The notes beneath the pieces are model-generated. The model was given only the letters and a program-made list of their open reading frames with translations, did not search any database and was not told where the DNA came from. This document shows positions 35,239 to 45,261 of a stretch of 64,000 nucleotides of DNA, piece after piece. The stretch comes from Pseudomonadota bacterium (GTDB lineage Bacteria; Pseudomonadota; Gammaproteobacteria; JAADHS01). The translations under genes were made by a program, and so were the position numbers. Location of the stretch: positions 4,487-68,486 of the forward strand of contig JAKACW010000020.1 of the NCBI GenBank assembly GCA_021821045.1, in the 5' to 3' direction. Position 1 is the first letter of the stretch. The number at the start of each line of letters is the position of its first letter.

Positions 35239-37012
35239 TGCCTAGCTCTCCCTGGATTCTATTTAGCCATCGTTGATGGCGGACTCGCCAGGCGCGAATA
35301 AGGAGCCCCGCGCAGGCGACCAAAAATAAATTCAGCGCCGCCAACTCCGCGGCGGTTCGCCATGCCGAGTGTTCATGTTTGGGGGCACTCACCCGACTAG
35401 GTTTCGCATCCAGGGCAACAGCGTCTCTCCCCGCCTCATCCGCGTCGCTGTCGGCTTGCTCGCTTGGGTCGACGTGCAGGGCGGGACCCGATTGCAGATC
35501 CGTGTTGCCGGTCGTCGGCGAAGGCATCGCAGGGGCGTTGTTTGCCAGGAGTGGCAGCCATACGCTGACCGTTTTTCCCTTGCTATCCGTGGCCGAAACG
35601 TTCACCTCCGTCTGAAGTGCATCTGCCTTCGATAGTGTCGCGTGCCACACGTACGGGTCCAAATGGGCTACCGGCGACTCCATTTGCCCGCCCGTAGGGT
35701 CGCTGCGCACCAGTGAAACGAGGGTGGTCTCGGGTTTCACGATCTTATGCCGGAGGTAAAAATAGACGTCGATTTGATCGCCCCTTTCCTCGCGGCTGGC
35801 GAAAATGGGCTGATCGACCACGTGAAACGCTATATTCGCCCGCCGTTGCGCGTCGAGGGTTTCGGCGTCGACGACAACTTCGTGCAGTCCGGGTTCGGAA
35901 ACGCGTGTGAGGTCGAGCGTGTAGACGCCGTCGTCGGAGCTGGCGTCGAAACCGGTCCCGGCGTCCTCCGGGAACCAGGTCCGAATCTCCTTTCCATCGA
36001 CCAGGTGAGTGGCCTTGAGGACGAGGTGATCGAGTGTTTCCCGTGATGTGACCGCCGCGCCGGCGCTGACAAGCTGAACCGGAACGGGCAGCTCATGCCG
36101 CGCGAGGAGCTGAACGTCTGGCAGCGCGGCGGCGATGGCGAATCCTGAGTTAGCGAAAACGCGGTTGGCGGCGTCTTGGGTGGTTGCGACGTGCCACGTG
36201 CCGACCAGCGGTTTGGAGAAATGGACGATTTCAAAATTGGCGCTGGCGTACCATGCAATGTCTTCCGGCCGATTGTATTGGCTGAACGTTTTCAACGCCG
36301 GCGACATGAACTCGGCGGGGAGGTTGGGGTCCGGCCGGAACAGCAACAATGTCAGACTTTCGATGCTGCGGTCGACCCGAAACAGTGCGTCGACGATCGG
36401 CACGGTGGGGCCTGGTCGGATTTGTTGCAGCAGCTGGGCGTAGGCGCGCTCACCGTCGACTCGGTTTGTGACGGCGCGGAAGGTGCCGTTCGTCAGCGCC
36501 GTGAGAGCTTGTAGAACAGGGTTGGCGCCGCCCATGGCGATGATGTCCAGGGCAACGTCGCTTTGCTGCAGTGAGCGGATAAAGTCGGGACGCTGGCGCG
36601 GCATGCCGGCTGCGGTCAGGCTCGACCGATGGCTGTCGGTCAGCAAGACGATGCGTGCCGTGTCTTGGCGTTGTTGGTTGGCGATTCTGTCGAGCAACTT
36701 CTCGACTGTTATCGATCCGAGCGACTGACTCGGCGCGGGTGTGTCCGACATGCCGTTGGCGAGCGGTGACAGCGTGCTGATGGTTGTCGACTCGTCGATC
36801 GTATAAAAAAAGAGTGCGGTGCCCCGCGGCGCAAGGCGCGTCAGCCAGGTGAGCGTTTCGCTGTTCCACGATCCGTCGCGAGGCTGTTCGAGCGCGACAT
36901 GAATTTCGAGCGCTTCGGCGGCGCGGGCGTGGGACGAGTGCAGTCCACCCATGCCAATTAGCAGGGAGAGAATGACTGCCGCGAGAAATCGCCCCGTCGC
37001 GCATGCGTCCAT
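35225..37012 (-). CDS. exported protein with weak vWA-like N-terminal domain, Ig-like middle region and C-terminal membrane anchor
   Basis: Signal peptide (AAVILSLLIGMGGLHSSHARA), a vWA-like motif (IVLLTDSHRSS), DDGVYTLDL, and a C-terminal TM helix (LAALNLFLVACAGLLI) followed by a basic tail. Confidence 0.7.
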   Translation of the reverse strand: MDACATGRFLAAVILSLLIGMGGLHSSHARAAEALEIHVALEQPRDGSWNSETLTWLTRLAPRGTALFFYTIDESTTISTLSPLANGMSDTPAPSQSLGSITVEKLLDRIANQQRQDTARIVLLTDSHRSSLTAAGMPRQRPDFIRSLQQSDVALDIIAMGGANPVLQALTALTNGTFRAVTNRVDGERAYAQLLQQIRPGPTVPIVDALFRVDRSIESLTLLLFRPDPNLPAEFMSPALKTFSQYNRPEDIAWYASANFEIVHFSKPLVGTWHVATTQDAANRVFANSGFAIAAALPDVQLLARHELPVPVQLVSAGAAVTSRETLDHLVLKATHLVDGKEIRTWFPEDAGTGFDASSDDGVYTLDLTRVSEPGLHEVVVDAETLDAQRRANIAFHVVDQPIFASREERGDQIDVYFYLRHKIVKPETTLVSLVRSDPTGGQMESPVAHLDPYVWHATLSKADALQTEVNVSATDSKGKTVSVWLPLLANNAPAMPSPTTGNTDLQSGPALHVDPSEQADSDADEAGRDAVALDAKPSRVSAPKHEHSAWRTAAELAALNLFLVACAGLLIRAWRVRHQRWLNRIQGELGNDPA

Positions 37013-37138
37013 GGTGGTCGAAACTCCAAAACAATAATCTCCGAGTGGATTGCGGAGATGGGAACTCGTTATTGCTTCGGCTTTGGACGGGGTAACTTTA
37101 CGATTGCGCTGGAAATTGCGGCGATTCGTCGGTCGTTT

Positions 37139-38650
37139 TCACTTTTTCCATGAGTTTAGTATGGACATGCAAGCGGCATTGAGTTGCGCGGCACGCTCGG
37201 GGGAAGCGGCCTCGTTGTAGCAGCGGAATTCCGGGGCGTTGCCGGAAGGGCGCAGATGAACGACTTCGTCATTGTTGAATTGGATGCGCAGCCCATCGGT
37301 GGTGTCGAAGGTTTTCACGGCGCCGCACAGGGTGCCGAAGACGGCTTCGACAGCCTGTTTGGTGGCCGCCGCGTCGCCGGCGAGAAAGCCCTTGATGCGC
37401 GCCTGGCTGAGTTCGGTGGGAAAATTCTTGACCCGGTCGCTGGCGGTGTAGCGCGGCGGGAGTTGCGCCACCAGTTCGGTGATTTTCTTTCCCGCCAGCT
37501 TGGCCGAGTGCAGGATACTCAATACGACGATGACCGCGTCACGGGTCGGCAATGCGGAGAGGGTGCGGCCATCGCGGGTTGACGGCGTGGCGGTGAGGAA
37601 TCCTCCGTTGGCCTCGTAGCCGACGACCATGGCGCTGGGATCCTTTTCCAGGGCCTCGTTCATCGCTGCGATGACGTAGGGCGAACCGATTTTGGTGCGC
37701 ATCACGGCCTTGAACCAGCCGCATTTTTCCACGGCGCTGTTGGAGCTGACGGGGGTGACGACAACCTGTGCGCCCAGATACTTGGCGCACAAGATACCGG
37801 CCACGTCGCCGCGCAGCCATTGCCCAGTGTGATCACCGATCAACGGGCGGTCGGCGTCGCCGTCGGCCGAGACAATGGCGTCGAACTTCAGCTCCCGCGC
37901 CCAATCCCGCGCCAGCACCACATCCTCCGGCCGAATCGCTTCTGTATCGACCGACACGAAGACGTCCGAGCGACCGACGGGGATGACTTTCGCGCCGAGT
38001 TTGTCGAGCAAATCCGTTAGAACAGTCCGCCCCACCGTGGAGTGCTCGTACACCGCCACGCGCATTCCGGTGAGCACCATGGCGGGGAGAAAATTCACAT
38101 AGCGTTGGAGATAGTGCTCATACGCGCAACGATCTTCGTTGCTCTGGGCACCGTCGCTCGGAGCGGAAAACATGCCATTCGCCGCGAACAGGCCCGCGGG
38201 AATGGTCACCCGCTGAGCACGGATGCCGGTCTCGTCCTCTTTGAGGATCTCGCCTCGGGCGGTATTGAACTTAATGCCGTTGCGGTCTTCGGGAATGTGG
38301 CTGCCGGTTACCATGATGCTGGGCATGTGATGATCGAGGGCGAAACAGGCAACTGCCGGGGAGGGCACGGTGCCGCAATTGACAACAATACCGCCGAAGT
38401 CGGAGACCGCTTTGGCTGCCGCCGCCATGATTCGCGGCGAACTGTGTCGGAGGTCACCGGCGATGGCGACCTCGCCCCCTCTAGTGAATTGCTTCGTTTG
38501 TTCAAGGTGCTGCAGGAACGCTGTCATATAGGCGTAACAGACCTCATCCGTCATAGCGGTGACCAAGCCGCGCGCGCCGCTGGTGCCAAACTGCACGCCG
38601 CTGGCTTGCATCAGCTCTGCGATCGAAACAACTTTTCCGGTCTGTGGCAT
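37139..38650 (-). CDS. alpha-D-phosphohexomutase family protein (phosphomannomutase/phosphoglucomutase-like)
   Basis: FGTSGARG is present, and the active-site loop is VTGSHIPEDRNGIKF (serine loop). The metal loop is SADGDADRP. Confidence 0.85.
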   Translation of the reverse strand: MPQTGKVVSIAELMQASGVQFGTSGARGLVTAMTDEVCYAYMTAFLQHLEQTKQFTRGGEVAIAGDLRHSSPRIMAAAAKAVSDFGGIVVNCGTVPSPAVACFALDHHMPSIMVTGSHIPEDRNGIKFNTARGEILKEDETGIRAQRVTIPAGLFAANGMFSAPSDGAQSNEDRCAYEHYLQRYVNFLPAMVLTGMRVAVYEHSTVGRTVLTDLLDKLGAKVIPVGRSDVFVSVDTEAIRPEDVVLARDWARELKFDAIVSADGDADRPLIGDHTGQWLRGDVAGILCAKYLGAQVVVTPVSSNSAVEKCGWFKAVMRTKIGSPYVIAAMNEALEKDPSAMVVGYEANGGFLTATPSTRDGRTLSALPTRDAVIVVLSILHSAKLAGKKITELVAQLPPRYTASDRVKNFPTELSQARIKGFLAGDAAATKQAVEAVFGTLCGAVKTFDTTDGLRIQFNNDEVVHLRPSGNAPEFRCYNEAASPERAAQLNAACMSILNSWKK

Positions 38651-38710
38651 ATCAATTCCTATAGTTTGCGACGTGCTGCCGCTATTTTAGCCCAGCTTGG
38701 CGATCGCGCA

Positions 38711-40690
38711 TCATCCTTTCAATAATTGATTTTCCATCTTTTCCAATGCATCGGCCGCGCCATACATGATCAACACGTCGCCGGCCTGCAGCAGCATGTC
38801 GGAGCGTGGTCGCGCGCTGCGGCTATCCCCGCGGCGGATCGCCGTCAAAATCACATGCGCTTCATCGAAGTTGAGTTCCGCCGGCGTGAGTCCCACCGCG
38901 TGAGCTTCCGCCGGCAACGTCACCGCATGAAGCACCTCCTTGGCACTGTCGCCGCCCGTTGAACTTACGGTGGCCTGGCCGGGAAATATTTGACGCAGCA
39001 GTTGGTAGCGTTGAGAACGCACGCTTTCCATGTGTTCCACGATGCGGCTTACCGGTATGTTCAACAGAAACAGCAGGTGAGTAACCAACATCAAGCTTGC
39101 CTCAAACGTCTCCGGCACGACCTCCGTGGCCCCGGCTTCCTGCAGCTTGTCGAGGCTGGAGTCGTCGCGAGTACGGGCGAGAATCGGCAGATTCGGCCGT
39201 AGATTGCGCGCCTGAGGAAGGATCTTTAATGCGGACATCGTATCGTCCAGACTGATGACCAGAATCTTGGCTCGCCCCAACCCAGCCGCTTCCAGGATGC
39301 TGCCGTGTGTTGCGTCGCCGTAGAAAACCGGATCGCCCGCTTCTCGCGCCTCTTGCACACGGTACGGATCCAAATCCAATGCGATATAGGGGATCTGTTC
39401 TTTCTCCAGGAAGCGGGCGATGTTTTGGCCGATGCGGCCGTAACCGCAAATGATGACGTGATCACTGAGTTCATGGCCGGCCCCGGCGATTTCGCTGCGC
39501 TGGGCCTCGCGGCTTTTGACATAGCTGGCGGCGCACAGATGTTTGGCGAACCAACCGTTGTAGCGAATGAGAAAAGGGCTCATGCCCATCGAGATGACCA
39601 TAACCGCAAGGATGATTTGGGCCGTCACGGGATCGAACAAATCGCCCTGCTTTGCCAGCGCCAGCAGGGCGAAACCGAACTCCCCGGTTTGGGCCAGCGC
39701 GACCCCCGTACGCAAAGCGACACCGGACTCGGCGCCGAAAGCGCGGGTCAGCATGAAGACGAGTCCGGCTTTGCCCAGCGTGACCAACACCACAAGAAGT
39801 GCCACCCAGTGCCATTGCTGGAGCACCGCGCCGACGTCCAGCAACATCCCCACCGTAACGAAAAAAAGACCGAGCAGTACATCGCGAAACGGTCGAATGT
39901 CCGATTCGACTTGGTGACGGTATTCGGTTTCCCCCATCATCATGCCCGCGAGGAATGCACCCAGCGCCAGCGATAACCCGGACACGCTGGTAAGCCACGC
40001 GGCGGAGAGCGAGAACAACAGCACGGTCAGCGTGAAAAGTTCGGCCGAGTGAAAGGCCGCAATGGACCTGAACAGCGGGCGCAGCAGCCAATGACCGACC
40101 GCCAGCATCGCTCCCGACGCGAGTATGCCCTTGGCCAGCGCCCACAGCAGTTCCGTAGCAAGGCTTGTTGTGCCGTCGGCGCTAAGCGCGGGAATGATGA
40201 TCAGAAACGGCACAACCGCGATGTCCTGGAACAATAGAACCGCAATGCCCAAACGACCGTGCCGCGAGTTCAATTCCAGCTGCTCGGCCAATTGCTTGGT
40301 GACGATGGCTGTGGAGGACATCGCCAGCAGCCCGCCGATGACGAACGCCGCTTGAGCATCGAGACCGGTGGCGGAGGCGCATATCGCCGCGATCGCTGTC
40401 GTCAGCAGCACCTGGGCTCCGCCCAAGCCAAGTACCTCGCGGCGCATTGCCAGCAACTGGGCGAGAGAGAATTCGAGTCCCACGGTGAACAGAAGAAACA
40501 CAACGCCGAATTCAGCGAGAAAGCGCGTGTCCTCGGTGTCGGAAATCCAACCGATGCCGTGGGGCCCCACCACTGCGCCGGTGATGAGGTAGGCGAAAAT
40601 CGCCGGCATCTTCAAGCGTCGAAATGCCGCAACCGTGACAACCGCGACAACCAGCAGGACGATGATGCTGTCGAGTATTCCATGATTCAT
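38711..40690 (-). CDS. CPA2-family monovalent cation:proton antiporter with TrkA-N and TrkA-C domains
   Basis: About 12 TM helices of the Na_H_exchanger type, a Rossmann motif (VIICGYGRIGQ) and a C-terminal TrkA-C domain. The ATG is at 40690 (MNHGILDS). Confidence 0.88.
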   Translation of the reverse strand: MNHGILDSIIVLLVVAVVTVAAFRRLKMPAIFAYLITGAVVGPHGIGWISDTEDTRFLAEFGVVFLLFTVGLEFSLAQLLAMRREVLGLGGAQVLLTTAIAAICASATGLDAQAAFVIGGLLAMSSTAIVTKQLAEQLELNSRHGRLGIAVLLFQDIAVVPFLIIIPALSADGTTSLATELLWALAKGILASGAMLAVGHWLLRPLFRSIAAFHSAELFTLTVLLFSLSAAWLTSVSGLSLALGAFLAGMMMGETEYRHQVESDIRPFRDVLLGLFFVTVGMLLDVGAVLQQWHWVALLVVLVTLGKAGLVFMLTRAFGAESGVALRTGVALAQTGEFGFALLALAKQGDLFDPVTAQIILAVMVISMGMSPFLIRYNGWFAKHLCAASYVKSREAQRSEIAGAGHELSDHVIICGYGRIGQNIARFLEKEQIPYIALDLDPYRVQEAREAGDPVFYGDATHGSILEAAGLGRAKILVISLDDTMSALKILPQARNLRPNLPILARTRDDSSLDKLQEAGATEVVPETFEASLMLVTHLLFLLNIPVSRIVEHMESVRSQRYQLLRQIFPGQATVSSTGGDSAKEVLHAVTLPAEAHAVGLTPAELNFDEAHVILTAIRRGDSRSARPRSDMLLQAGDVLIMYGAADALEKMENQLLKG

Positions 40691-40965
40691 GCGACGTTCG
40701 TCCCTGTAAGGTCGACTGGAGCTGGAGGCACGCAAGCCGCCTATACTATTGAGCGCCGACTCTAGAATCAACAGTAAGACTGTTTCTTTTTCGCCGGATC
40801 AGCGCGTCAACTTCACATGCGTAATCCCCCGCTTAAATACGTCGCCCGAAACGTCGATAATTGAATGGGACCGGGCGCGCAAGAAAACCGCGTAGGGTAA
40901 ATAACGAAGCAAGCGTGCCGCGTAGATGTCTCGGGGCTGGGGCCGGCGCGCCAACAGGAATTGCG

Positions 40966-41970
40966 ATGACCGAATTGGCGGTTTCCTTCAAGGGTAGGGA
41001 AATCCTTGTCAACTATCTTGCAGCCGCAAGCCTGTTGACGTTTGGATTTCTCATTTACTCGTTTCATCCGTACTACATCCAATTCTTTTCCGAGCAAGCA
41101 CGCGAGTTGTTTCTGTACTGCTGGGGCGCCTACCTGGTGCTGCTGCCCTTTTATTACACCACGCTGCCGACGGGCTATCCGACCAAGAGCCGGCTGTTCT
41201 GGCTGGCCGCGGCGGGCTTCCTGCGCCGGTCCTTGTCAGCCGAGGAAAAGGTTGCCGTTTTGGCCGTTGTCGTGAAGCTGTTTTTCCTGCCGTTGATGAT
41301 CGCGTGGTTGTTTCACCATGCCAAGGAAACGCTTTTTCATTTGGACGTGCTCATGGCAAACGGAAACTTCTTTCCGAACGGCTTCTGGCTGCTGTTCAAT
41401 ATCGTGTTCTTGGTGGACGTGGGCTGCTTCACCGTCGGTTACGCTGTCGAGCATCCGCGACTGGGCAACGAGATTCGTTCGGTCGAGCCGACCGCCGTGG
41501 GTTGGATTGTGACATTGATCTGTTATCCGCCCTTCAATGGGGCCACCCAACAGATGCTGGGTTGGCACTCCGGCGACTATCCCGCATTTGAGCATCCGCT
41601 TGCGCAATACCTGTCTGCCGCGTTGATCTTGGCCGCGCTTGTCATCTATGCGTGGGCGTCGGCGGCCCTCAATCTCAAGGCAAGCAATCTAACGCATCGC
41701 GGCATCGTCGACGGCGGCCCCTACGCATGGGTACGGCATCCCGCCTATATCGCCAAGAACTTTTCGTGGTGGATCGGTTCGCTGCCCATCTTGTACGGCT
41801 ACGCGCAGCGCGACGCATCGGATCTCATTTATGGGATCATCGGCGTCGCCGGTTGGAGCGCCATTTACTACCTGCGCGCAATGACCGAAGAGCGCCATTT
41901 AGGCGCCGACCCAGCGTATGCTGCCTACTGCGAGAAAGTTCGCTACAAATTCATACCCGGCGTTTGGTAG
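40966..41970 (+). CDS. polytopic membrane protein with C-terminal ICMT-like methyltransferase domain
   Basis: LTHRGIVDGGPYAWVRHPAYIAKNFSWW...EERHL is the ICMT/PEMT signature, preceded by extra TM helices. The start is uncertain (40861 or 40966). Confidence 0.7.
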   Translation: MTELAVSFKGREILVNYLAAASLLTFGFLIYSFHPYYIQFFSEQARELFLYCWGAYLVLLPFYYTTLPTGYPTKSRLFWLAAAGFLRRSLSAEEKVAVLAVVVKLFFLPLMIAWLFHHAKETLFHLDVLMANGNFFPNGFWLLFNIVFLVDVGCFTVGYAVEHPRLGNEIRSVEPTAVGWIVTLICYPPFNGATQQMLGWHSGDYPAFEHPLAQYLSAALILAALVIYAWASAALNLKASNLTHRGIVDGGPYAWVRHPAYIAKNFSWWIGSLPILYGYAQRDASDLIYGIIGVAGWSAIYYLRAMTEERHLGADPAYAAYCEKVRYKFIPGVW

Positions 41971-41996
41971 CGCAATACCAAGGAAGTGTAGAACCA

Positions 41997-44534
41997 ATGG
42001 CGATGAGACGAACGCAGCATCCGGATGCCCGAATCCTCGTCGTCGACGACAATCCCGTCGATGCCGGTCTGCTCGAGCAGGCGATGCTCAATGCCGGCTA
42101 CCGTCGCGTCACGGTGATCAACGATCCGCGGCACATGGCCGAGCAAGGGTATGACACGCATTTCGATGTGATACTTCTTGACCTGAATATGCCGCATCTT
42201 GACGGGTTCGACATTCTCAAGCTGATGCGTGAGCGGCGCCAGGATATGTTTGTTCCAGTTCTGGTCATCACCGCGCAGCACGAACGGGCGGTGCGGTTGC
42301 GGGCGCTGGAACTGGGCGCGAAGGACTTTATAACGAAGCCCTACGACGCGCATGAGTTGTTGAACCGTATTCACAATGCGCTCGAGGTCCGCACCCTGCA
42401 TCAGCAGGTGCTTGAGCAGAACAAGACGCTTGCGCGGCGCGAAAGCGACTTGCGCATGGTGCTGGACAACGTGTTGGAGGGGATTTTTACCTTGGACGAG
42501 GCGGGAACGATTCAGTCCGTCAATTTGGCCGCGCAGAATTTGTTCGGCTACCCCCCCGGCGAGGTGATCGGCGCCAGCTTGGCCATACTTATTCCTCCGA
42601 GCGGCGGTGATGGATCAAAGTCCTTGTTCGAGAAGTTGCGTTCACGGGACGTGAACGGCATACGCAACGAGGAGGCCTTCGGCGTGCGGCGCGACGGGAC
42701 GACGTTTCCCTTGGAGCTGTCGATGGGGGAAGTCGCGGGCGGCGAGTCGCGGCTATTTGTCGGTATTTGCCGCGACATCACGGATCGCAAGTTATCCGAC
42801 GCCGCGATGAAGTTGGCTAAGGAGGAACTCGAGCAGCGCGTCCGGGCGCGCACGGCCGCGCTTACGGCGATTAACGCGCGCTTGAGCCATGAAATCGACA
42901 TTCGTAAGGCCGCCGAGGTGGAACTGGCGGCGGCACGGGACAAAGCGGTGGAAGCCTCAAAGCTGAAGTCCCAGTTTCTGGCCAACGTCAGCCATGAGAT
43001 TCGCACACCCCTCAACGGCATTCTGGGCATGTTGAGTCTGCTGCTTAACAGCAGGATCGATTCCGAGCAGCAAGACTTCGCGCTGACGGCGTTCAAATCC
43101 GGCGAGCTGTTGTTGGCGTTGATCAACGACATTCTGGATTTTTCGAAAGTCGAGTCGGGACGGTTGGAACTCGAGCATATCGGCTACGACGTGAGGCAAT
43201 TGGTGTATGACGTGGTCCATTTGTACGAGGAGCCGTCGCGGAAGAAGGGCGTCGATATTGTTTCGCTGGTTGCCCCCGATGTCCCCCCGATGCTTATTGG
43301 CGATCCCGGAAGACTACGCCAGATCGTCACCAATCTCGTGGGCAATGCCCTGAAATTCACCGAGAAAGGCGAAGTATTGGTCCACGTGCAAATCGACGGC
43401 GAGGTCGATGGGGACTTCAGGCTGCGCGTGGACGTGCGGGATACCGGGGTCGGCATCGCGGAGCAGGCGCAGAAAAAAATCTTTGAATCCTTTACCCAGG
43501 CAGACGGTTCCACAACGCGGCGATTTGGCGGCACTGGGCTCGGTCTTGCCATATGCAAGCAGCTGGTTGAACTGATGAACGGCGCGATCGGCGTGGAGAG
43601 CCGATTGGGTGAAGGCAGTCATTTTTGGTTTTGGGTGTCCCAAGGTAAATATCACGGTACGGCGAGTTCCCAGGCGGCACGCGTCGATCTGGCGGGGTTG
43701 CGCGCCCTCATCGTGAGCGATGCCAGCGCCAAGGTGTCTTGGTTGGAGCAGCGCTTGATGGGGCTTGGGGTGTCGTTCGAAAAGTGCGCGGACGAGTCAA
43801 AAGCGGTGAGCATTTTGCGCGATGCGAAACGGCACGGCCGTCCGTTTAAATTTGTGTTGGTGAACAGCGCCGGCCTGGCGGGTGAAGGCTTGGATTTTGT
43901 CAGGTCGTTGTATGCCAGCATTCCGATGGCGGAGCTTCGCGTGGTTCTGCTGGCCTTGAGCGGTTTTCGCGGCTTTGGTCGGGATGCGCGCGAGGCGGGC
44001 GTGGCCGCGTATATCACCGAACCCGTCGACCATCAGATGCTCGAGGGGTGCTTGACCGCCGCGCTTGCCGCCGCGCCCGGTGAAACACAGTTGATCACCC
44101 GTCACAGTCTCGCCGAACAAGCCGCTTCTTTCAAAGCGCGCGTGCTGGTTGTCGATGACAATCCCGTGAATCAGAAGGTCGCGGCAAAGATGTTGAGCAA
44201 ACTTGGCGCGCGGGCCGACGTGGCGCCCGACGGTGTGAGCGCGCTGGATGCGGTGAAGAAAACCCGTTATGACATCATACTCATGGATTGCCTGATGCCC
44301 GAGATGGACGGTTTCGAGACGACGCGGCGCATCCGCAATTTAGAGCAAGCCGCGGATGGCACGGCCAAGGGCGCGTTGGCGCCCACGCCGATCATCGCCA
44401 TGACGGCGAATGTGCGGCAGGAGGATAAGGAAAAATGTTTAACGGCGGGTATGAATGACTTTGTCGCGAAACCGGTGACACTCGATACGCTGCGCGCGGT
44501 GCTCGCGACGTGGACGCCGGAAACAACCAACTAA
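41997..44534 (+). CDS. hybrid histidine kinase (REC-PAS-HisKA-HATPase-degenerate REC-REC)
   Basis: N-terminal REC domain (ILVVDDNPVD...LLDLNMPHLDG), a PAS domain, an H-box (FLANVSHEIRTPLN), HATPase motifs (DTGVGI, GTGLGLA) and a C-terminal REC domain (VLVVDDNPVN...MDCLMPEMDG...KP). The ATG is at 41997. The track ORF from 41652 overlaps the previous gene. Confidence 0.9.
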   Translation: MAMRRTQHPDARILVVDDNPVDAGLLEQAMLNAGYRRVTVINDPRHMAEQGYDTHFDVILLDLNMPHLDGFDILKLMRERRQDMFVPVLVITAQHERAVRLRALELGAKDFITKPYDAHELLNRIHNALEVRTLHQQVLEQNKTLARRESDLRMVLDNVLEGIFTLDEAGTIQSVNLAAQNLFGYPPGEVIGASLAILIPPSGGDGSKSLFEKLRSRDVNGIRNEEAFGVRRDGTTFPLELSMGEVAGGESRLFVGICRDITDRKLSDAAMKLAKEELEQRVRARTAALTAINARLSHEIDIRKAAEVELAAARDKAVEASKLKSQFLANVSHEIRTPLNGILGMLSLLLNSRIDSEQQDFALTAFKSGELLLALINDILDFSKVESGRLELEHIGYDVRQLVYDVVHLYEEPSRKKGVDIVSLVAPDVPPMLIGDPGRLRQIVTNLVGNALKFTEKGEVLVHVQIDGEVDGDFRLRVDVRDTGVGIAEQAQKKIFESFTQADGSTTRRFGGTGLGLAICKQLVELMNGAIGVESRLGEGSHFWFWVSQGKYHGTASSQAARVDLAGLRALIVSDASAKVSWLEQRLMGLGVSFEKCADESKAVSILRDAKRHGRPFKFVLVNSAGLAGEGLDFVRSLYASIPMAELRVVLLALSGFRGFGRDAREAGVAAYITEPVDHQMLEGCLTAALAAAPGETQLITRHSLAEQAASFKARVLVVDDNPVNQKVAAKMLSKLGARADVAPDGVSALDAVKKTRYDIILMDCLMPEMDGFETTRRIRNLEQAADGTAKGALAPTPIIAMTANVRQEDKEKCLTAGMNDFVAKPVTLDTLRAVLATWTPETTN

Positions 44535-44543
44535 TACGTCGAT

Positions 44544-45110
44544 CTAGTTCGGTGTGACGGTTGCGGCGTCTTCGACTTCCACCGATTGAGTCTTGGGAGA
44601 CTCGCGGCGGGCAGTGAGCTGAAAGCTGTCGAGTTGGGCGAGCAGCGTGTTGACCAACTCCTTCGACTCGCTGTTCAGGCCGTCTACCTTGCTCAACGCG
44701 TCCGCAGTGGCGCGAACGTCGGACACTTTTCTTTTAAGGCTCGCCGCGCAGCGGTTGAATACGTCTCCGGTTTCGTGAAAGTAGTCGCCCTTGCGCAGAT
44801 GCACACTGGCTGTCAGATTGCCGTTGGCCAATTCGTCCATGCGTCGTTCGAGCATATAAACCGGGCCGGCGATGCGGTGGGACGACTTAAGGCTGTAATA
44901 GTAGATGATCGCGAGTCCGCCCACTTCGCCGGTTGCGAGCGCCACCGCGAGAGTCATTTTCAGTCGAAAGAAGTCGTGAATGCTTTCGATGGCGAAGAAG
45001 CTGGCGATCACGAGCACGTTGATGAAAATGAACGTGGTCAGGATCACTTCAAGGATCATTCGGTCTTGGAATTTATTCTTTACCTTAAGGATCTTGCGTC
45101 GGTTCTGCAT
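44544..45110 (-). CDS. two-TM HAMP-domain protein without output domain
   Basis: Two TM helices, then a HAMP-like segment (RIAGPVYMLERRMDELANGNLTASV) and a short helical tail. Confidence 0.65.
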   Translation of the reverse strand: MQNRRKILKVKNKFQDRMILEVILTTFIFINVLVIASFFAIESIHDFFRLKMTLAVALATGEVGGLAIIYYYSLKSSHRIAGPVYMLERRMDELANGNLTASVHLRKGDYFHETGDVFNRCAASLKRKVSDVRATADALSKVDGLNSESKELVNTLLAQLDSFQLTARRESPKTQSVEVEDAATVTPN

Positions 45111-45261
45111 AGCCGTTACCCGTTGTCCTCGTTGTGATTTGTTGTGACCCGATGGACCGGCTTAGGACGCCGGCTCACGTTTCGGTAACGGCGCGGCGGG
45201 GGCGTGCTTGAGAAAGGAGGCCCAAGAGTGAGAACGGGTTCTCACTTTCGGTTTCGTCCGA

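Noticed and set aside
41652-41996. 115-codon N-terminal extension of the hybrid kinase ORF, overlapping the ICMT-like gene.
   Set aside because: The extension is Arg-rich out-of-frame read-through of the preceding gene. The receiver domain begins right after the ATG at 41997.
45227-45246. 9-bp inverted repeat (AGTGAGAAC / GTTCTCACT) between the Kelch and HAMP genes, considered as a terminator.
   Set aside because: The T-rich tract is on the plus strand, where no gene ends. On the coding (minus) strand there is no U-tract, and the loop is only 2-4 nt. Its function is undetermined.
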